Assembly: GCA_016936595.1 (NCBI GenBank)
Contig: JAFGXO010000171.1
Coordinates: 1,584-65,583 of the forward strand
Source of the DNA: Bacteroidales bacterium
GTDB lineage: Bacteria; Bacteroidota; Bacteroidia; Bacteroidales; JAFGUD01
Length of the DNA: 64,000 bases
Direction: 5' to 3'
Shown one piece after another: positions 59,644 through 64,000 of this stretch (its first letter is position 1; each line of letters starts with the position of its first letter). The notes beneath the pieces are model-generated. The model saw only the letters and a list, made by a program, of their open reading frames with translations. It ran no database searches and had not been told where the DNA came from. A program made the translations under genes and the position numbers.

Positions 59644-61470
59644 ATGAAAAAAATTACGTTTTTGTTTATATCTTTTTTCCTTTTTCACCTAACAATATTA
59701 AGCCAAGGAAAAGATGCGATGATACAAGAAGACACAAACATTTATCCAATTGAGCTTGATTTTCAGATAAATAATAAAAGTGCAGATATAAATGATGGTT
59801 TTGTTATTGTAGATGTTTATGGAGGAGTTCCGCCATACAAGTATTACTGGTCAAAACCTGACTTATCTTTAAATACATCAATTGGTGAAAAATTAACTGA
59901 AGGGCAGAAATATGAACTCACTGTTTATGATTCAAATGGAGATAGTGCAACTGCAGAAATAATGGTTCCTGTAAAGTCTTTAAACGAAAGATTTAACTCT
60001 GCGTTGGTTCCAGTTGTAAATATGATGAGTAAATTTATTATGGCTGATATATTTGCGTTGCTTAATTTGTACGACCCCATAATAAGAGATGATCAAGGTG
60101 AAATTTTACGTTCACCAAACGGAGATCCACAAAAAGTGAGTATTCCATTTATTGTAGTTTGGTTAATAATTGGAGCAACATTTTTCACTTTATATTTAGG
60201 ATTTATAAATATTAGGGGTTTTAAACTTGCGATACAACATGTAGCCGGCAAATTTGACAAGAAGGAGCAAAAAGGAGAAGTATCTCATTTTCAGGCTTTA
60301 ACAACTGCACTTTCGGCAACAGTAGGGTTAGGAAACATAGCCGGAGTAGCAATTGCAATAGCCATTGGCGGACCCGGGGCAACTTTTTGGATGATTGTTG
60401 CCGGTTTATTAGGCATGTCAACAAAATTTGCTGAGTGTACTTTAGGTGTAAAATACAGAAATATAAATAAAGACGGAGTTGTTTCAGGTGGCCCCATGTA
60501 CTATATAAATAAAGCGTTTAAAGACCGAAAAATGGGTGGTTTAGGAAAAGTTTTAGCAGCAGTTTTTGCTGTGTTAATAATTGGAGGTTCGCTTGGCGGA
60601 GGGAATATGTTTCAGGCAAATCAGGCGTTTGCACAATTAAGCAATATGATGCCACAAATTAGCAACTTTGGAGCGTTGTTTGGAGTTATTTTAGCTGTTT
60701 TAGTTGGATCGGTTGTATTAGGAGGTATAAAAAGTATTGCAAAAGTTACAGACAAAATTGTTCCTTTTATGGCTTTATTTTATGTGCTTGTTGCATTTAT
60801 TATTATTATCATGAACATTAAAAATTCGGGACAAGCATTTCATTTAATTATTAATGGAGCTTTTAGTGCATCGGCATTAAAAGGAGGTGTTATTGGAGTT
60901 ATGATTGTAGGATTTCAAAGAGCAGCATTCTCAAATGAAGCCGGGGTTGGATCTGCTTCGGTTGCTCATTCGGCAGTAAAAACAGATGAGCCTGTTACAG
61001 AAGGACTTGTATCCTTATTAGAACCATTTATAGATACAGTTGTAATATGTACAATGACAGCATTAGTAATAATTTTTACCGGATTTTATAATAATCCGGG
61101 GGAATTAAACGGAGTTGAATTAACTTCGGCGGCTTTTGGCTCAGTTTTTTCATGGTTTCCATACTTGTTAATAGTTGCCATAATGCTATTTGCTTTTTCA
61201 ACAATGATTTCGTGGTCATACTATGGTTTAAACGGCTTTAAATATTTATTTGGCGGCATTATTAAAAACGAAAAAACTCTTAGAAATATATATTATGCAA
61301 TCTTTTTAATATTCATAGTAATAGGCTCTGCTTCAAGTTTAGGTGCAGTGATTGATTTTTCGGATATGATGATTTTAAGCATGGCATTACCTAATATATT
61401 TGCTCTTTATGTGCTTTCTAAAGAATTAAAACTTGATTTAAATAAATACTTGAAAAAAATAAAAAAATAA
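59644..61470 (+). CDS. Alanine/glycine:cation symporter (AGCS family) with an N-terminal signal peptide and SprB-repeat-like domain
   Basis: 608 aa. The core motifs are [30 protein letters not shown] and [11 protein letters not shown]. Residues ~25-105 read [24 protein letters not shown]...[26 protein letters not shown] and resemble a SprB repeat. Confidence 0.85.
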   Translation: MKKITFLFISFFLFHLTILSQGKDAMIQEDTNIYPIELDFQINNKSADINDGFVIVDVYGGVPPYKYYWSKPDLSLNTSIGEKLTEGQKYELTVYDSNGDSATAEIMVPVKSLNERFNSALVPVVNMMSKFIMADIFALLNLYDPIIRDDQGEILRSPNGDPQKVSIPFIVVWLIIGATFFTLYLGFINIRGFKLAIQHVAGKFDKKEQKGEVSHFQALTTALSATVGLGNIAGVAIAIAIGGPGATFWMIVAGLLGMSTKFAECTLGVKYRNINKDGVVSGGPMYYINKAFKDRKMGGLGKVLAAVFAVLIIGGSLGGGNMFQANQAFAQLSNMMPQISNFGALFGVILAVLVGSVVLGGIKSIAKVTDKIVPFMALFYVLVAFIIIIMNIKNSGQAFHLIINGAFSASALKGGVIGVMIVGFQRAAFSNEAGVGSASVAHSAVKTDEPVTEGLVSLLEPFIDTVVICTMTALVIIFTGFYNNPGELNGVELTSAAFGSVFSWFPYLLIVAIMLFAFSTMISWSYYGLNGFKYLFGGIIKNEKTLRNIYYAIFLIFIVIGSASSLGAVIDFSDMMILSMALPNIFALYVLSKELKLDLNKYLKKIKK

Positions 61471-61521
61471 TCAATCTGCAAGTAAAGCTATAAATTTATA
61501 AAATTATTTAAAATTATTTTT

Positions 61522-63087
61522 TTGAAAAATAAATTCGTAAAATATTATTTAGGTTCAATTATACTATTGTTTATTGGTTTAGCCTTTTCAAAAATAATTA
61601 TAAGTTTATCCCAAATTGCATTATTAGTTATATGGATTTTTGAAGGTGATTTTAATCAAAAATTTAAAAATCTAAAACAAAACAAAGCTGCATTAATTTT
61701 TTTGTCGATATTTGGGTTATTTATCATTGGTATGTTATGGACGAATAACCTAAAAGCAGGATTAAATGAACTCAAATTAAAATTACCTTTATTCATACTT
61801 CCATTTATATTTTCTACAATTACACATTTTAGTAAAAAAGAACTGCAAATTATTCTGTCGGCGTTTGTTTTTGTTGTTTTTTCAAAAACTATCGAAAGCA
61901 GCTTTTTTATTATTGGCGGCAAATTTTCTCCATCATTGGAACAAATTTCAAATAAAATATCTCATATCAGATATTCTTTGATGATTGATTTTGCAATTTT
62001 TTCGATTATTTACATTATAACTTCCTATAAAAAAACAAAAACTAAATATAAAATACTATCGCTAAGTTTAATTGTTTGGTTTCTTGCTTTTCTAATTTTT
62101 ATTCAATCACTTACAGGAATAATAATACTTTTTTTATTAGTTATCGGATTAGGTATTTACTTTATTTCAAAATCAAATAAAATATCAATTAAAATTACAT
62201 CTCTAATTATTGTTCTTTTTCTAATTTTTTCCACTTCAATTTATTTATATAATCAATATAAAAACTTTTACACAATTAAAGATCCTAACTTTAATAGTTT
62301 GCCACAATACACCGAATCAGGAAACGAATATTATCATAATATTGATAATTTTAGATTTGAAAATGGACATCATGTTGGATATTTTTACTGCAAGAAAGAA
62401 ATTGAACAAGAATGGAATAAAATTAGCCACGTGAAATTTAATCAAAAAGGAAGCAATGGTTTTCTGATTAAATTTACGATAGTAAGGTATATGACTTCTT
62501 TGGGTTTACCAAAAGATTCGGTTGGAGTGTCAAAACTAACACCCACTGATATTGCTAATATTGAGAAAGGATTATCTAACTACAAATTTGCCAACACATT
62601 AAGCATTTCTAATAGAATATATAAAGTAATTTGGCAAATACACGAATACAAAAACACAAAAGACGCTAATAATCAATCAATTACACAAAGATACGAATAT
62701 TTATTAACAAGTTTTGAAATTATTCAGAAAAATTTATTTTTGGGAGTGGGAACCGGCGACGTAAAAGACGCATTTAAACAACAATACATTGAAGACAATA
62801 GTATATTAAAAGAAAAAAACAGACGCAGAAGTCATAATCAATTAGTTACTTTTATTCTTACTTTAGGTATTATTTTGGGTACTTGGTGTATTATAGCTCT
62901 ATTTTTACCTTTTATTATTAATAAAAAACATGCGGAATTTTTACCAACAATATTTTTAGTTATAAGTATTTTATCAATGCTAACAGACAATACTTTAGAA
63001 ACTTCGATTAGCGTGAGTTTTTTTGCTGTTTTTTATTCTTTATTGATTTTACAAATCACAGAAAAAAAATCAAATATTGACAATTAA
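61522..63087 (+). CDS. O-antigen ligase / polymerase-like polytopic membrane protein
   Basis: 521 aa (TTG start as tracked). It has many TM helices, a large loop (residues ~250-420), then the RRRSHNQLVTFILTLGIILG motif resembling the Wzy_C/O-antigen ligase signature. Confidence 0.65.
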   Translation: MKNKFVKYYLGSIILLFIGLAFSKIIISLSQIALLVIWIFEGDFNQKFKNLKQNKAALIFLSIFGLFIIGMLWTNNLKAGLNELKLKLPLFILPFIFSTITHFSKKELQIILSAFVFVVFSKTIESSFFIIGGKFSPSLEQISNKISHIRYSLMIDFAIFSIIYIITSYKKTKTKYKILSLSLIVWFLAFLIFIQSLTGIIILFLLVIGLGIYFISKSNKISIKITSLIIVLFLIFSTSIYLYNQYKNFYTIKDPNFNSLPQYTESGNEYYHNIDNFRFENGHHVGYFYCKKEIEQEWNKISHVKFNQKGSNGFLIKFTIVRYMTSLGLPKDSVGVSKLTPTDIANIEKGLSNYKFANTLSISNRIYKVIWQIHEYKNTKDANNQSITQRYEYLLTSFEIIQKNLFLGVGTGDVKDAFKQQYIEDNSILKEKNRRRSHNQLVTFILTLGIILGTWCIIALFLPFIINKKHAEFLPTIFLVISILSMLTDNTLETSISVSFFAVFYSLLILQITEKKSNIDN

Positions 63088-63112
63088 TTTTATAACTTTT
63101 AAAATTACAAAT

Positions 63113-64000
63113 ATGATTTCAAATCAACTAATTAACCCTAAAAGCATAGTAGTAATTGGGGGCTCAAACGATATAGAAAAACCCGGGGGGAAAGTATTAA
63201 AAAACATCATTGACGGAAAATTTGGCGGTGAATTATATGTGTCTAATCCAAAACTTGAAGAAGTTCAGGGAATTAAAAGCTACAAAAACCTTGAAAATTT
63301 ACCACAAGTTGACCTTGCAATTATAGCAATAGCTGCAAAATACACTGTTAAAACAGTTGAATATTTAGCCAATAATAAAAATACTCGCGGTTTTATTATA
63401 CTATCTGCCGGTTACAGTGAAGAAAGTACCGAAGGTGCTGAACTTGAACAAAAAATTGTTAATATTATTAAAGAGGTTAACGGTTCTTTAATTGGACCTA
63501 ATTGCATTGGACTTTTAAACACAAATTACAACGGAGTTTTTACAACACCTATTCCAAAACTCGACCCCACAGGAATAGACTTAGTATCCGGTTCGGGAGC
63601 AACTGCTGTTTTTATTATGGAATCGGCTTTACCAAAAGGGCTTACATTTAACAGCGTTTGGTCGGTAGGAAATAGTGCCCAGCTTGGAGTTGAAGACGTA
63701 ATTGAATATCTTGATGAAACTTTTGATCCCAAAACAAGTTCAACGGTTAAACTTTTGTACATCGAAAAAGTAGAAAAACCGCAAAAACTACTTAAACACG
63801 CTTCGTCGTTGATACGAAAAGGTTGTAAAATTGCGGCAATAAAAGCCGGAAGTTCCGACGCAGGTAGTAGAGCAGCTTCGTCGCATACCGGAGCATTAGC
63901 AAGCTCTGACGTTGCTGTAAGCACTTTATTTAAAAAAGCCGGAATTGTTCGTTGTTATGGACGCGAAGAATTAGCGACAGTTGCTGCTATTTTTCAACAA
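63113..64000 (+). CDS. ADP-forming acetate/acyl-CoA ligase family protein (CoA-binding N-terminal part); truncated by the right window edge
   Basis: It is not in the ORF track because no stop falls in the window. My own translation from ATG 63113 is open for 296 codons: MISNQLINPKSIVVIGGSNDIEKPGGKVLKNI...SLIGPNCIGLLNT...LVSGSGATAVFIME...GNSAQLGVEDV...IKAGSSDAGSRAASSHTGALASSD. The active-site His-loop (SHTGA) is typical of the NDP-forming acyl-CoA synthetase / succinyl-CoA synthetase-alpha fold. Confidence 0.85.
   Translation, partial: MISNQLINPKSIVVIGGSNDIEKPGGKVLKNIIDGKFGGELYVSNPKLEEVQGIKSYKNLENLPQVDLAIIAIAAKYTVKTVEYLANNKNTRGFIILSAGYSEESTEGAELEQKIVNIIKEVNGSLIGPNCIGLLNTNYNGVFTTPIPKLDPTGIDLVSGSGATAVFIMESALPKGLTFNSVWSVGNSAQLGVEDVIEYLDETFDPKTSSTVKLLYIEKVEKPQKLLKHASSLIRKGCKIAAIKAGSSDAGSRAASSHTGALASSDVAVSTLFKKAGIVRCYGREELATVAAIFQQ

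Noticed and set aside
506-61922. Remaining short (60-90 aa) ORF-track entries nested in or antisense to larger genes: 506-736, 2718-2990, 2933-3118, 4140-4325, 4504-4734, 6445-6633, 9471-9659, 10489-10704, 10505-10696, 13539-13739, 16209-16397, 16796-16987, 17079-17261, 22708-22911, 25764-25991, 28767-28955, 28788-29018, 29875-30075, 31344-31535, 31939-32121, 32828-33022, 33150-33371, 33745-33960, 36490-36735, 37049-37243, 38811-38993, 39099-39281, 39646-39855, 39908-40114, 42256-42480, 42659-42847, 43228-43491, 44733-44930, 44812-45000, 46500-46730, 46708-46893, 50984-51247, 51214-51414, 52978-53160, 54381-54629, 60221-60424, 60291-60497, 61656-61922
   Set aside because: Each overlaps a longer ORF that has recognisable family motifs or strong operon context. 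None has motifs of its own, and AT-rich genomes generate many such shadow frames.
63526-63924. 132-aa minus-strand ORF
   Set aside because: It is antisense to the clearly coding, window-truncated acyl-CoA ligase frame, which has CoA-binding and SHTGA motifs on the plus strand.
1-64000. Mobile genetic island, prophage, CRISPR-Cas or RNA genes
   Set aside because: I saw no integrase, transposase (other than the Rpn-like nuclease), phage structural genes, cas genes, spaced repeat arrays, or GC-rich tRNA/rRNA-like segments anywhere in the window.

Overview
AT-rich window (about 30-35% GC by eye) from a Bacteroidota-type chromosome. The phylum call rests on a T9SS C-terminal sorting domain, a CarboxypepD_reg-type TonB-dependent receptor, a TTTG / TAnnTTTG promoter upstream of rpsL, rpsL-rpsG-fusA-rpsJ order without tuf, and a single-Cys L36. 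Layout: (1) 1-6.4 kb holds a truncated EEP-family gene, a PLP aminotransferase, a four-subunit 2-oxoacid:ferredoxin oxidoreductase operon (delta-alpha-beta-gamma, minus strand) and a VOC protein. (2) 6.4-15.2 kb is accessory-looking: CX5R phosphatase, SMI1/KNR4 (SUKH) protein, radical-SAM/HhH protein, HEAT-repeat DNA-alkylation-repair-like protein, a secreted beta-propeller-caspase fusion, a PQQ-like propeller, and an Rpn/PD-(D/E)XK nuclease carrying a perfect 21-bp x4 coding repeat. (3) 15.2-37.4 kb holds rlmD, umuD-umuC (split by a G-rich element), a TonB-dependent receptor, xseA, a DUF3137-like protein, an MFS pump, a membrane AraC regulator, a decayed zinc-ribbon pseudogene, a CotH-LTD-T9SS protein, ychF, a PKD lipoprotein, an FAH hydrolase and a 648-aa Gly/Tyr-rich secreted protein. 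(4) 37.4-55.6 kb is an uninterrupted str-S10-spc-alpha ribosomal super-operon on the minus strand (rpsL to rplQ), including rpmJ, which the >=60-aa ORF track misses. It has TAATG stop/start overlaps at rplC/rplD and rplX/rplE. (5) 55.8-64 kb holds a two-gene operon of an output-less HAMP-GAF-PAS-PAS membrane sensor plus a stand-alone H-NOX haem protein, an AGCS symporter with an N-terminal SprB-repeat-like domain, an O-antigen-ligase-like protein, and a truncated ADP-forming acyl-CoA ligase (also absent from the ORF track). I saw no rRNA, tRNA, CRISPR array, integrase or prophage. The best candidate for something undescribed is the H-NOX / output-less sensor pair. Second is a small family of G-tract (GGGTTTCGGG) intergenic elements, two copies of which sit inside DNA-damage gene pairs. 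All family assignments come from motif recognition by eye; no database search was run.
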